Shown: piece after piece, positions 54,168 to 63,253 of the stretch
How the letters are laid out: each line of letters opens with the position of its first letter
Numbering within the stretch: the first letter of the stretch is position 1
Source of the DNA: a virus
Lineage: Duplodnaviria > Heunggongvirae > Uroviricota > Caudoviricetes
Virus record (IMG/VR): IMGVR_UViG_3300025913_000020
Length of the DNA: 64,000 nt
Reading direction: 5' to 3' (one strand)
Program-made: the position numbers and the translations under genes
Notes under the pieces: generated by a model
What the model saw: only the letters and a program-made list of their open reading frames with translations
What the model was told of the DNA's origin: nothing
Databases searched by the model: none

Positions 54168-54423
54168 TGTGGACAACGTGGCCAAGCTGATCGCGCTGCT
54201 GGTCATCATCGCGCTCGTGTGCTGGATCATTTTCTGTATTAAATTCTGGAGCGGCTTTCGCCGGGAGCGGGCTGAGCTGAGTCGGTCGATTGCCAGGATG
54301 ACGCCCATCGAGCAGCAGAAGCTTTCCTACGATTTGATGGCGGCCATGTTCAATGCGGCGCAGACCAACTGGACCATGACCGTCACCATCACACCCCGAA
54401 CGAACCTGATTGAAAAGCCATGA
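54160..54423 (+). CDS. Small membrane protein
   Basis: LIALLVIIALVCWIIF. Confidence 0.55.
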   Translation: MFDVDNVAKLIALLVIIALVCWIIFCIKFWSGFRRERAELSRSIARMTPIEQQKLSYDLMAAMFNAAQTNWTMTVTITPRTNLIEKP

Positions 54424-54764
54424 ACATCACCACCGTTGCCAAGCGGGCCGCTCTCCGCATCGCCACTCAGCACTTCCCGCAAGCGCGCATCACTGAGAGC
54501 CTGCTGCTTGAGATCGCGTACGAAATCCAGTATGCCATGGATCAGCGCGAGACCGAGAGCCACTATTTCATCATGCAGGAGGACGTGAAGTTCGAGGAGC
54601 AGTTCTGGGACGGCGAGAAGTGGACGGCAGGCGACAAAAGAAAAGTTTACACTAACTTCGATGAGGCGACGGTCGCCTACCGCAAAGCATTCCTCGCGTG
54701 CAAAGGCAAGGTCACTGTGGCCCACGTGTCACCGGGCGGCATAGTCAAGTATCAGCCGCTATGA
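54420..54764 (+). CDS. Hypothetical protein
   Basis: ATGA overlap. Confidence 0.6.
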   Translation: MNITTVAKRAALRIATQHFPQARITESLLLEIAYEIQYAMDQRETESHYFIMQEDVKFEEQFWDGEKWTAGDKRKVYTNFDEATVAYRKAFLACKGKVTVAHVSPGGIVKYQPL

Positions 54765-55246
54765 CTCGCGATGTTTATTGTCCGCGCTGCGACTGCTGTT
54801 TCCTGGTGGCAAAAGATGAGGGCGATACTGCCGCCTGTCCGCAGTGCTGCTATGAGTTTGACGTAGAGTGGTTCTACGATCAAGACGGTGAGAGCGTGCG
54901 CCCGGTCGCTCAGAACCTCGCATTGTTTCAGACACGGCCCTCAAAAGACAGAGTCGATGCGGTGATTTACGCTGCGCAATGCGCCATGGAAAGTCAGATG
55001 GGCGTGCCACGTGAGTTTTTCGCCGAGGCTTCCACCAATTTCATCAGGCAATCCCAGATCGCGGTCAGGTACACCACAATGCTGGAGAGCGCTAAACGCC
55101 AGCTTTCCATCCGTGCCCAGGCTGAATGGATGGGGATGCGCCTGGAGAATAACCGCAAACGAATGCGCAAGCGCGTGCGCCAACGCCTTCGCCGGTGGAG
55201 CATCCTGGACGAGCATTGGACCAACAACCCGAATGGAGACTGGTGA
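54761..55246 (+). CDS. Zn-ribbon-containing hypothetical protein
   Basis: CPRC...CPQC. Confidence 0.6.
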   Translation: MTRDVYCPRCDCCFLVAKDEGDTAACPQCCYEFDVEWFYDQDGESVRPVAQNLALFQTRPSKDRVDAVIYAAQCAMESQMGVPREFFAEASTNFIRQSQIAVRYTTMLESAKRQLSIRAQAEWMGMRLENNRKRMRKRVRQRLRRWSILDEHWTNNPNGDW

Positions 55247-55247
55247 T

Positions 55248-55430
55248 ATGAAAACTAAACGAGTGGTGCGCTTCAAACGGATCAAGATGCTGAGCGGCGG
55301 ATACGTCAGGTTCGACACGGTACCGACCCAGGGATCACCGGTGAGCAATGGTGTCTATATCAACGCGGCAGCGTGGCCCGGCATCGCCAATGCCAAAGAG
55401 GTAAAAGTCACTTTTGAAGTGGTTAAGTGA
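55248..55430 (+). CDS. Small hypothetical protein
   Basis: MKTKRVVRF...; last gene before the next promoter. Confidence 0.55.
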   Translation: MKTKRVVRFKRIKMLSGGYVRFDTVPTQGSPVSNGVYINAAAWPGIANAKEVKVTFEVVK

Positions 55431-55467
55431 CTTATATTCATGGTGTAAAGAAAATACACTTTGGGTA

Positions 55468-55495
55468 TTGACAAAGGCACAGATTTGTTTACATT
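55468..55495 (+). promoter_or_regulatory. sigma70-like promoter with TTGTTTACA
   Basis: CACTTTGGGTA-TTGACA-N16-TACATT, 7 nt before ATG 55503. Confidence 0.75.
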
Positions 55496-55502
55496 TGTGC
55501 GT

Positions 55503-55934
55503 ATGAATAACGAAGTCTCCTTCATCATGCCAGCCTGGCAACAGAACCAGCATCTCAACTTCGGTGAAATCCGTCAGGTCGCCCAGGCCGCTGCCAACGC
55601 TGCCGGTGACAAAGCCCAGGAGGTCACCAGGGCCAAATTCGCTGCCCTGGCGCGCAAGCCCAAGATCGACTTCAACAACGTCCGCCTTCAGGCCATCACC
55701 TGCGGCGTCATTGATGCTCGCTACGGTGAATGCCTTTACGGCACTCATCACGCGGTGGTCAACGGGCGTACGCTCTGCGGTCAGAGCGCCCGTGAGCGCG
55801 AGGGTCGGACGACGATGTGGTTTAGCCTCGAATCTCTCCACAGCCAGGACCAGGCCGATGAGTTCATCACCTGCAACCGCTGCCGCAAATCCATGGGTTT
55901 CAAACCTGTCCGTGATTCACAAATACTTTTATGA
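55503..55934 (+). CDS. Hypothetical protein with C-terminal Zn motif
   Basis: H...TLCG...ITCNRC. Confidence 0.6.
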   Translation: MNNEVSFIMPAWQQNQHLNFGEIRQVAQAAANAAGDKAQEVTRAKFAALARKPKIDFNNVRLQAITCGVIDARYGECLYGTHHAVVNGRTLCGQSAREREGRTTMWFSLESLHSQDQADEFITCNRCRKSMGFKPVRDSQILL

Positions 55935-56623
55935 GCCAACTCGCACTCAAACCCACGAGCGGGATGAAGTCCATCGCCTACTTCCGCGATGGCACTGGCC
56001 GCTGCTGCGACCGCTGCGGCACCTTCATAAAGAACGTCGCCCTGATCACTTTCAAGGATGGCTCCTATCAGTCGTACGGCTCCGAGTGCATCGAGAAGGT
56101 CCTGGCTGGTGACCTCAGCCTGCTCAAGCTGTGGAAGACCAACTACAAGCTGCTCCAGAAGTGGCAGCGCTATCTCGAAATCCTCAGCCGTCCCGTGGAC
56201 AAGATTCCGTTCGACACGCGTGGCTATTACGACCGTGGTGTGTTCTTCGTGTCTGATGACGAAGGCAAGGGCATCTGCTGCGGAATGCGCTACAATCTCC
56301 CGAGTTCTGGCCGCTTGATCATCCACAGCGGCTGCAACATTTTTCATCCCACTCACGTCACCGAACCCGCGCTGGCAGGCATGACCGGCGCGCAGACCTT
56401 CGACATGCGCGGTGCGGCGGGTGGGAGCGCCTGGGAGCCGTACACTCGTGAGAACTGGGAGAAGAAGTGCCGTGCTGATCTCGAAGCGCACAAGGCGTGG
56501 CTCGCGTTTGAGATCGACCGCATCAGCAAGTTTCTGGCCCGCATCCTGGAGAAGGGCCTCATCACTCAACAGCAGGCACAGGCAGCACAAAATGAACAAG
56601 GAACTCAAGAAGCTCAGGCGTGA
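55931..56623 (+). CDS. Hypothetical protein with N-terminal Zn finger
   Basis: CDRCG..IK...YGSEC..K. Confidence 0.6.
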   Translation: MSQLALKPTSGMKSIAYFRDGTGRCCDRCGTFIKNVALITFKDGSYQSYGSECIEKVLAGDLSLLKLWKTNYKLLQKWQRYLEILSRPVDKIPFDTRGYYDRGVFFVSDDEGKGICCGMRYNLPSSGRLIIHSGCNIFHPTHVTEPALAGMTGAQTFDMRGAAGGSAWEPYTRENWEKKCRADLEAHKAWLAFEIDRISKFLARILEKGLITQQQAQAAQNEQGTQEAQA

Positions 56624-56786
56624 GATCACCACGGCCAAGCGCACGCTAAATCGACCACAGTCGTACGGTGCCCAGGTCATCGGTTACACGCTGAAGATGA
56701 TCGACGAGAAGTTCGGCAAGGCCGAGGCGAACAAAGCCATCGTTGAACTGGGCCTGGAGCGCTGCGGCTGGAAGCAGGAGAAATGA
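56592..56786 (+). CDS. Hypothetical protein
   Basis: MNKELKKL... Confidence 0.55.
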   Translation: MNKELKKLRREITTAKRTLNRPQSYGAQVIGYTLKMIDEKFGKAEANKAIVELGLERCGWKQEK

Positions 56787-56974
56787 AAACTGCTTCTCTA
56801 GTTGCCGACACGGTCTGCGTCCTCTGCCCAGAGTGCAAGGAAGCGATCCCGAACAAGGCGAACGGCTCTCTACTGTGGACGCGTGAAGACTTCACTGACC
56901 AGCCCCAGGAGTGCGAGTGCATATCCTGCGGAGCCAAGGTGCGTGTGGTTCGGCGCGAACGCGTTCCTTTCTGA
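56783..56974 (+). CDS. Small Zn-ribbon protein
   Basis: CPEC...C.SC. Confidence 0.6.
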   Translation: MKTASLVADTVCVLCPECKEAIPNKANGSLLWTREDFTDQPQECECISCGAKVRVVRRERVPF

Positions 56975-56977
56975 TTT

Positions 56978-57160
56978 ATGGCACGAGGCGACATCAAACG
57001 ATTCCGGGAGTATCTGAACTCACTGGATGACGGTGAATCGAAGCACCAGCATGGGCGCTATCACCAGCTCAAGCGCAAGTATGGCGATTACCTTTACTCC
57101 CAGGATCGTGAGAAGTTCATGGTCGATATGGAGGAGTGGTTAAAATCAAATCCCCAATGA
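56978..57160 (+). CDS. Hypothetical protein
   Basis: Array member. Confidence 0.55.
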   Translation: MARGDIKRFREYLNSLDDGESKHQHGRYHQLKRKYGDYLYSQDREKFMVDMEEWLKSNPQ

Positions 57161-57336
57161 GCAAATCCAAACCAGTATTCGAAGCGATCCACCTGGCGGC
57201 TCTGGCCATAGACGAGGTTCAGGCTCGCGGCACCAAGCGGCACGCGAGGGCGCTGAAAGTCCTGGAGGAAGGCCGTAAGCTCTGGCGCGCCAGGTCGGAA
57301 CGGAAGTGCCCCAAGTGCGGCCATAAGCTTCCATGA
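57157..57336 (+). CDS. Hypothetical protein with C-terminal CPKC
   Basis: ATGA overlap. Confidence 0.55.
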   Translation: MSKSKPVFEAIHLAALAIDEVQARGTKRHARALKVLEEGRKLWRARSERKCPKCGHKLP

Positions 57337-57354
57337 CAAACTGCACTTTGGGTA

Positions 57355-57382
57355 TTGACACCAAACCATAATTGTTTACATT
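57355..57382 (+). promoter_or_regulatory. sigma70-like promoter with TTGTTTACA
   Basis: CACTTTGGGTA-TTGACA-N16-TACATT. Confidence 0.75.
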
Positions 57383-57390
57383 CCAATGCA

Positions 57391-57645
57391 ATGAATGACG
57401 AGTTCCCCAAGATGTCTGAGTTCGAGACCAAGGTTTTCACCCGTTTCGCTCGCGCCCACAAGCCTGGCTACGGCGATCACAGCATCCAGCTCGAAGGCGA
57501 TGGCCGCATCGCGATCTGTGCTGCCGCGCACCGGCTGATGAAGAAGGGTGTCCTCATCAAGCACAGTGCGTGCAACTGGTATTTGACCGAGCTTGGCCGG
57601 AAGATGGCCGTCGAGTGGCAGAAGCTTAACCCCAAGAAGGCATGA
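57391..57645 (+). CDS. Putative winged-helix protein
   Basis: AAHRLMKKGVL...WYLTELGR. Confidence 0.55.
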   Translation: MNDEFPKMSEFETKVFTRFARAHKPGYGDHSIQLEGDGRIAICAAAHRLMKKGVLIKHSACNWYLTELGRKMAVEWQKLNPKKA

Positions 57646-57854
57646 AACAAAAGTCCTTTGAAGTCACCGGCACGGCCTTTGTCCCTGTGAAGGTGCGCGT
57701 CACTGTCCAGGCGGAAACCATCGACGAGGCGATGGATAAGGCCAATGCGCAGTTCAAGAAATCGTCCTGCCGTGAGCACGTCGTCACTGGGTCAGAGGAC
57801 TACGGCGCGACCTTCGGCTTTGATGCGCTCGACGCTGCGGAGACCAAGCCATGA
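57642..57854 (+). CDS. Hypothetical protein
   Basis: VRVTVQAETIDEA. Confidence 0.6.
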   Translation: MKQKSFEVTGTAFVPVKVRVTVQAETIDEAMDKANAQFKKSSCREHVVTGSEDYGATFGFDALDAAETKP

Positions 57855-58150
57855 ACCAACCGATTTACATCATCACGGAGGAAGCCATGCAGGCAGCTCT
57901 CGATATGGCGCGCTGTGACTTTCCGCAGCGTGGTGAGCAGCCTGGCGCGGAGTGGGGCTATTTTAACTTCGCCGAAGTGAAGTCTCGGATGCGCGCCGCC
58001 AAGGAGCACTTCCCAGGCAAGTATGACTTGGCCAGCGTCGCCCAGAAGGTGCGCCAGATGGAGACCGATAAGATGGTCGCCACCGCCAACCGTGGACTGA
58101 TCCGTCTGCTGCACCATCTGAAAACAAAACGTGAGGAGCTGAAGGCATGA
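57851..58150 (+). CDS. Hypothetical protein
   Basis: ATGA overlap. Confidence 0.6.
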   Translation: MNQPIYIITEEAMQAALDMARCDFPQRGEQPGAEWGYFNFAEVKSRMRAAKEHFPGKYDLASVAQKVRQMETDKMVATANRGLIRLLHHLKTKREELKA

Positions 58151-58503
58151 AACAACCCTGGACCCAGGAACCCTGGCCGGACACTGGAGATGTCGTCGCA
58201 TACCGAGGCGACAGCAGCGGCACTGCGATCAATGACGACAACGAGGCCGAGGACTATCAGCGCGCCAGGGTGTGCGTCAACGCCTGCGCTGGCATCGCGG
58301 ACCCGGCTGACTTTATCAAGCAGGCCCACCAGGGCGGCATGAAACTGTTCCGCATCAAGGCAGCGGGAAAGATTATTTCGAGCGGCGTGTTCGCGCCCAA
58401 CCAGGCGGCAGCCAAGCGCCTGTTCAAGAAAGAATATCCTCGGTGGAAGTCCGCCAAGCTGACGGTAACCGAGATCACCAAACCCTGTGTTTTCAATTTA
58501 TGA
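58147..58503 (+). CDS. Hypothetical protein
   Basis: ATGA overlap. Confidence 0.55.
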   Translation: MKQPWTQEPWPDTGDVVAYRGDSSGTAINDDNEAEDYQRARVCVNACAGIADPADFIKQAHQGGMKLFRIKAAGKIISSGVFAPNQAAAKRLFKKEYPRWKSAKLTVTEITKPCVFNL

Positions 58504-58811
58504 GTGAGAAGAAACAAGAGACCGGCTGGTACGTGCGTCCCGACCACCCGCACCAGGTGATGGACGTGATCGGCAACCACGTGGCTGACACCTATGGCAA
58601 GTTCGGAGAGGACGCTGCCGAGCGCGCTGTGCTGATCGTCGAGACCGTCAACGAGCGCCCTCTCGTGGAGGACGTTGTCCACGCCGCCCAGATGATTGCG
58701 GAATACGGGGCGAAGCAGCTTCACATGAAGAACCTTCGTGCTGCGGTCCTGGCGCTACAGAAACGTCGGACGGCGGTCAGCGCGCTGAAGGAAATGAGGA
58801 GCAAATTATGA
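58500..58811 (+). CDS. Hypothetical protein
   Basis: ATGA-coupled MSEKKQ. Confidence 0.6.
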   Translation: MSEKKQETGWYVRPDHPHQVMDVIGNHVADTYGKFGEDAAERAVLIVETVNERPLVEDVVHAAQMIAEYGAKQLHMKNLRAAVLALQKRRTAVSALKEMRSKL

Positions 58812-59227
58812 GAACACCGTGGCAGCGCAAGACCGTGACGTTCCCTGGGATTGAGCCTTTCCCGGCGCTTGTGGACCCGTTCCAGGACAACTACGGCAAG
58901 CACCTGGTTGTGACTGAGAAGCACGGTCCAAAGATGTTGATGAAGGCTCACTCCAGCCAGCTTAGTGCGCCAATGGCGAAAGACTACGATGAGTTCACTC
59001 GGATCGAGGACCTTTACGTTGACCAGCTCAGCCGTGCTGAAATGAAAGTTGAGCTTGAGCGTTTGATCGCCAAGACTCGGAAGGATAATCCGGGTGTGGC
59101 GGCCATTCTTCTTACCCTCAGCGCCTGCGTGGATTTAGGAACGGAACTTAAGATGGCGGCCCACGTTCGCCCGTTCAATGAGAAGAATATCGTCGCAATG
59201 GCGGCCATGAGGGCCGCTGAAAATTAA
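58808..59227 (+). CDS. Hypothetical protein
   Basis: ATGA overlap. Confidence 0.6.
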   Translation: MRTPWQRKTVTFPGIEPFPALVDPFQDNYGKHLVVTEKHGPKMLMKAHSSQLSAPMAKDYDEFTRIEDLYVDQLSRAEMKVELERLIAKTRKDNPGVAAILLTLSACVDLGTELKMAAHVRPFNEKNIVAMAAMRAAEN

Positions 59228-59232
59228 AATTT

Positions 59233-59619
59233 ATGCCACCCGAACCTAAAAAGACGTTGCCGCCTCTGCCGCCGAAAGAACCCGATGCCCGGCCTTGGCG
59301 CTGGCTCCACGATAAACCCGAGGGCATGTGGTATCTCGTAAACGGGCCAGAGGGCAAGGAAAACTCAGTGATCCCGGCGCTGCACGCTTTCGAGGATTTT
59401 GGCGAAAGCGTCAATGCTCAGCTCATCCTGCGCGCCGTAAACCAGTATGACATTGTGCGTGAGCTGATCGTCGCGGTGACTCGCTATACACGGGTAGTCG
59501 AAGACCATTATCACACTCTGACTGATGGTCAGTTTGGCCGGTTTAGCGATAATCCAGCCGGTAAAGAGCTGGCGGCTGTCATCGTGAAGCTGTTAGAAAT
59601 TCACGAAAGTAAGGGTTGA
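59233..59619 (+). CDS. Hypothetical protein
   Basis: Array member. Confidence 0.6.
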   Translation: MPPEPKKTLPPLPPKEPDARPWRWLHDKPEGMWYLVNGPEGKENSVIPALHAFEDFGESVNAQLILRAVNQYDIVRELIVAVTRYTRVVEDHYHTLTDGQFGRFSDNPAGKELAAVIVKLLEIHESKG

Positions 59620-59643
59620 CTCTTGACCACAAAATTGTAAACA
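59616..59643 (+). promoter_or_regulatory. sigma70-like promoter with AAATTGTAAACAATTT palindrome
   Basis: TTGACT-N16-TAAACA. Confidence 0.65.
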
Positions 59644-59652
59644 ATTTCCGTT

Positions 59653-60060
59653 ATGGGCGGCACTATTACACCACCATCCGACCGGCAGGTCATCAGCGAT
59701 CTGCGCCAGGAGAACGCAGCGCTTCGCAGACTCCTGGAGAAGCTGGCACGCGCACGCACCGTGAAGGACTTGAAGGCGGCGCAGAAGGAAGCCCAGGAGG
59801 AGATCAACGGCCCTGTCCGCCAGTCCAAGTCCATCTACTGGAATCGTTGGGACACGGGGTACGAACCTCCCCGCCTGCGTGAAGTGCGCGGCAAGATGCG
59901 GGTCGTTCCTCAGTATGGCGGCGACGGCCTTTACTTTTTAATGGAGGGCAGCAAAAAGGTCAACGAGTGCTCGATGACAGCCCAGGACGCCCGGCAGCGT
60001 AATGCCGACCGAACGAAGAATAACATCAAGGCGCTGTGGCACTGGTCAGGCAGGAAATAG
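59653..60060 (+). CDS. Hypothetical protein (TAG-terminated; in frame with the next gene)
   Basis: Follows the promoter. Confidence 0.6.
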   Translation: MGGTITPPSDRQVISDLRQENAALRRLLEKLARARTVKDLKAAQKEAQEEINGPVRQSKSIYWNRWDTGYEPPRLREVRGKMRVVPQYGGDGLYFLMEGSKKVNECSMTAQDARQRNADRTKNNIKALWHWSGRK

Positions 60061-60072
60061 TTCTCTCGGGAT

Positions 60073-60438
60073 ATGGCAAAATCATCTTTCAATATCTCGA
60101 CCGGTGGCCTCATCGTAATCTTTGCAGTCGGCTACATGGGTTACCAGCTTCTCCACAAAGCTATTGGCAGCGACGACAGTGACAGCGAGGAGACCAAGCC
60201 GAAAGTCACCACCCGTGCCGCCGCTCCTGACGATGATGTCACCGTCACGAAGAAAGTGATGAGCGACAGCGAACATGACACGGTCGTTGTGCGCTCGAAG
60301 GGCAACGAGTACGTCCGCATCGGCGAGATGGTTTTCTGCTGGCACAGCAACGTGCTCACCGGTGTCTTCACCAAGAATGGCCTCGTGCCCGGCTGGCAAA
60401 CCATGACCAATCAACCACCACCATCACATGCTCCGTAA
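60073..60438 (+). CDS. Membrane-anchored hypothetical protein
   Basis: N-terminal TM GGLIVIFAVGYMGY. Confidence 0.6.
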   Translation: MAKSSFNISTGGLIVIFAVGYMGYQLLHKAIGSDDSDSEETKPKVTTRAAAPDDDVTVTKKVMSDSEHDTVVVRSKGNEYVRIGEMVFCWHSNVLTGVFTKNGLVPGWQTMTNQPPPSHAP

Positions 60439-60622
60439 ACTTTTTGATTTCATTCGTAAGAACTTCTGGTCTCACCAGTGGCGCTACAGCAACCCCCACA
60501 ACCGGCGTTGCGCAGTCTGTGGCCGACATGAGGTCGAGCACGGTAATGGCGAGATCGGGTTCGCGAGCATGTCGTGGTGGGAAGTGTTCGATGACGGCAA
60601 GGAGGAGAAGCATTATGTCTAA
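60428..60622 (+). CDS. Small Zn-binding protein
   Basis: HQW...R.C.VCG. Confidence 0.55.
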   Translation: MLRKLFDFIRKNFWSHQWRYSNPHNRRCAVCGRHEVEHGNGEIGFASMSWWEVFDDGKEEKHYV

Positions 60623-60932
60623 AGAATCGAAGTTCGAAAAGTTCGAGGTCAAAATGATTCTCTTAAAGCCGCACAAGCCCTGGCGCGGCAAGTCCGTCCT
60701 GATCCACTGGCCAGGCTGGAAGCACCCACTCGCGATCCACATCTATCCGCACACGGAATACGATGTCAGCAATGGCGACGGTTTCGACAAGATTATCCGC
60801 TATGAAGTGAGTTGGTCCGCCCTTGGCTCTGTGCCCGTTCTCCAGGCGCGCCGGTATGCCCACGCGATCAACATGGCCGCGAGCGAGGCCAAGCTGCTGG
60901 AGGACAAATACGTCGGGAAGGATTACAAGTGA
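60615..60932 (+). CDS. Hypothetical protein
   Basis: MSKESKF... Confidence 0.55.
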   Translation: MSKESKFEKFEVKMILLKPHKPWRGKSVLIHWPGWKHPLAIHIYPHTEYDVSNGDGFDKIIRYEVSWSALGSVPVLQARRYAHAINMAASEAKLLEDKYVGKDYK

Positions 60933-61312
60933 GCGTGGAAACCAAAAACGATTTCGAGGGCCTGGTCACCAGGTTGGGAGGCGACGCTCTCTTTGCCATG
61001 ATCAGCGGTAAGAAGACCTGGCACGATCTCGTTCACGGGATCGCGTTCGGCACCGCTCGGTGGGCAGGTGAGACGATCACGGACCCGATTCGAAAGGAGC
61101 GCGACGCGGCACTCAGAGTCCTGGAAGCCGTGAAGACTCATCTGTCGCCAGCTTTCCTTCCGTCGAATGAGGCTGATGTCCACGTCTGCAAATACTGCGG
61201 CAAAGGAAAGCGCTTCACTCGCGGGGGTCTTGTTGAGTCTCTGGGCGAGGCGTGCGCTCCAGACTGTTTGTGGGAGAAAGTAAACAAAGCTCTGGAGGCC
61301 GCTAAAACATGA
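60929..61312 (+). CDS. Hypothetical protein with Cys motifs
   Basis: GTGA overlap; CKYC...H/C.PDC. Confidence 0.55.
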   Translation: MSVETKNDFEGLVTRLGGDALFAMISGKKTWHDLVHGIAFGTARWAGETITDPIRKERDAALRVLEAVKTHLSPAFLPSNEADVHVCKYCGKGKRFTRGGLVESLGEACAPDCLWEKVNKALEAAKT

Positions 61313-61692
61313 GAGCCTATTACGCAGCCAACGTGAAAGAGCGGATGGACAAGCTAACCACCGCTCAGCGCCGGACCGTTATCCGCTACGCCAAGACCGA
61401 GGCCGAGCGCCTGGCCAGCTCGGGTGACATCCAGGCAGAGCTGTTCGCTGTTCTTCCACGCCACCTGGATGTGTGCGGATTCACCACGAAGCAGCGCAAG
61501 CAGTCACCGCGCAAGCAGATGGAGGAAGCGTTCTTCAGCTTTTACCGGGATGGTATCACTGGCGACGCAGGCAAATATCTGTCGAACAAAGTGATTCGCA
61601 AGCTGATGAAGATTCCCGGCAACGACTTTCATTTCGCTTACCGAACATTCGCGGCGGGCTGGTCATTGGGCAGGACGTTTGGGCTGCGCTGA
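61309..61692 (+). CDS. Hypothetical protein
   Basis: ATGA overlap. Confidence 0.6.
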   Translation: MRAYYAANVKERMDKLTTAQRRTVIRYAKTEAERLASSGDIQAELFAVLPRHLDVCGFTTKQRKQSPRKQMEEAFFSFYRDGITGDAGKYLSNKVIRKLMKIPGNDFHFAYRTFAAGWSLGRTFGLR

Positions 61693-62528
61693 TCTGTCAT
61701 TCTCCATTTCAGCAGGTCGATCAGTGACTGACGCACAACGGGTCGGAGCGCTTTCATCTTCTTGCGCCATTTGCGCTTCCACGGGGCTTTCTTTTTGTTC
61801 AGCTCGTCCCGGTGTTCCTCTCGGTATTTTTTAGCGGCAGTCTTGGCTTTGGTTAAGTTGCGCTCGCGCCAGCTCTTGTTCCTGGCGTTGGTGATCTCGG
61901 GGTGCTCGTCCCTGAATTTGTAAACGTGGAAGTATTGAGAGCACTTCGGGCTGCAAAACTTGCGCTTCTTCAGGTCGGCAAACCTCCAGAACAGCCTGCC
62001 ACACCTGGAAAACTGGCACTTCACCAGAATTTTCCGGCGTGCTCGTTTCTTTTCTTTATAGCGCCTGGCGTTCAGCGTCGAGTACATGTGAGCTTCGCAG
62101 CAGAAGTTCACTTTGTTCGACTTGGCAAAGAATGGCTGTCGGCAGTGATCGGCCAGACAGGTGCGCAGGAAATATCCTTTCGGCGGCTTCAGGCGTTTTC
62201 TGGCTTCTCGCACGGTGTGCAGATGAAGCGACGGTTGCAGGTGCTCGCGTATTCGCTGCTTGATCACCAGCCACAGGGCATTGAGTTCTTTGGCCTCCTC
62301 CTGGTCATCGGTCTGCTTCCGTGGATGAACTCGGATCGCGTGGCGTTTGTAAACTTTCTCAGCGTCGTAGAGGACGTATTCGAGCTGACCCTGCCAGTGT
62401 TCCCAGAAGTTTCGTACGCACCAGATGTGCCGGGGCAGACCGAGCTGCTTCAGCAGAATCTTAATCGAAAGACTGCGCAGACCGTAATAGCGTCCACGGT
62501 ATTTTACGAGTGCCCTGTTTCTCCTCAT
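61638..62528 (-). CDS. Very basic protein with two treble-clef-type Zn fingers
   Basis: ATGA-coupled start MRRNRAL; C....C..PF......FCC..H and C....C...F......FCS.KC; Lys/Arg-rich tail. Confidence 0.6.
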   Translation of the reverse strand: MRRNRALVKYRGRYYGLRSLSIKILLKQLGLPRHIWCVRNFWEHWQGQLEYVLYDAEKVYKRHAIRVHPRKQTDDQEEAKELNALWLVIKQRIREHLQPSLHLHTVREARKRLKPPKGYFLRTCLADHCRQPFFAKSNKVNFCCEAHMYSTLNARRYKEKKRARRKILVKCQFSRCGRLFWRFADLKKRKFCSPKCSQYFHVYKFRDEHPEITNARNKSWRERNLTKAKTAAKKYREEHRDELNKKKAPWKRKWRKKMKALRPVVRQSLIDLLKWRMTDQRSPNVLPNDQPAANVR

Positions 62529-62860
62529 CGCATCGAGTAAGAACGGGAGGCGACCGGCAGGTGCAGGACGTTTTTCTTCGGCTCGTTGAGATTCTTCACC
62601 ACGTTGTGATGCAGGGCGTAGTGGATCAGTTCCGGCAGGGTGGTGAGATTCAGCTTCTCGAAGATGCGTTCGCGATACGTGGCAATGGTCTTGACCGACA
62701 GGAACAGCTTCTTCCCGATCTCGGTGGACGGCACGCCCAGGGCCAGGAGTTTCATCACTTCCAATTCCCGCTTTGAAAGGCTGGCGACACCTTCTTTGAC
62801 CGGCACCCATCCCCGGCCATGAGTATAACGACAAAGCCTGACCTCACGCGTCGATTTCAT
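62525..62860 (-). CDS. Stand-alone LuxR-type HTH protein
   Basis: LSKRELEVMKLLALG....EIGKKLFLSVKTI.TYR..IFEKL.L....ELIHYA. Confidence 0.85.
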   Translation of the reverse strand: MKSTREVRLCRYTHGRGWVPVKEGVASLSKRELEVMKLLALGVPSTEIGKKLFLSVKTIATYRERIFEKLNLTTLPELIHYALHHNVVKNLNEPKKNVLHLPVASRSYSMR

Positions 62861-63231
62861 TTGGTTAGGTCGAAGAAGTTGGTGGCGTAGCGCATCTTCC
62901 CTTTGTCGTAGTAGGTCAGAATCTGTTGCTCCATGATCCGGCCCTTTGCGTCTATCGGGTTGATCATGGTTGTAACTTTTGCGGTTACATTGGGAGAAGC
63001 CGCGAACACCTGGGCCTCCCAGGCTTGCTGTTGGAGAGCATTGTTTGTCTGGACGGCGACCTGCTGGAGCCGGAGCGAAGCGTTGAGCTTTTCGCGAAGC
63101 GGTCGGGCTTGGTCTCGGGAAAGAGTCTGCCGCTGAATCAGCTCAGCATTGACGGCTGGCGGTGCGGTCGGGGTCTGCGCGCAACCAGTAATTAAAAGCA
63201 ATAGGCATAGTAATCGGGTTGTCATATCCAT
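62857..63231 (-). CDS. Putative lipoprotein
   Basis: LLCLLLLITGC lipobox. Confidence 0.65.
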   Translation of the reverse strand: MDMTTRLLCLLLLITGCAQTPTAPPAVNAELIQRQTLSRDQARPLREKLNASLRLQQVAVQTNNALQQQAWEAQVFAASPNVTAKVTTMINPIDAKGRIMEQQILTYYDKGKMRYATNFFDLTK

Positions 63232-63253
63232 AAAAGAACGGATGCAGTGTCAC

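Noticed and set aside
62529-62834. N-terminal extension of track ORF 61638-62834
   Set aside because: Overlaps the clear LuxR gene on the same strand; an ATGA-coupled start exists at 62528.
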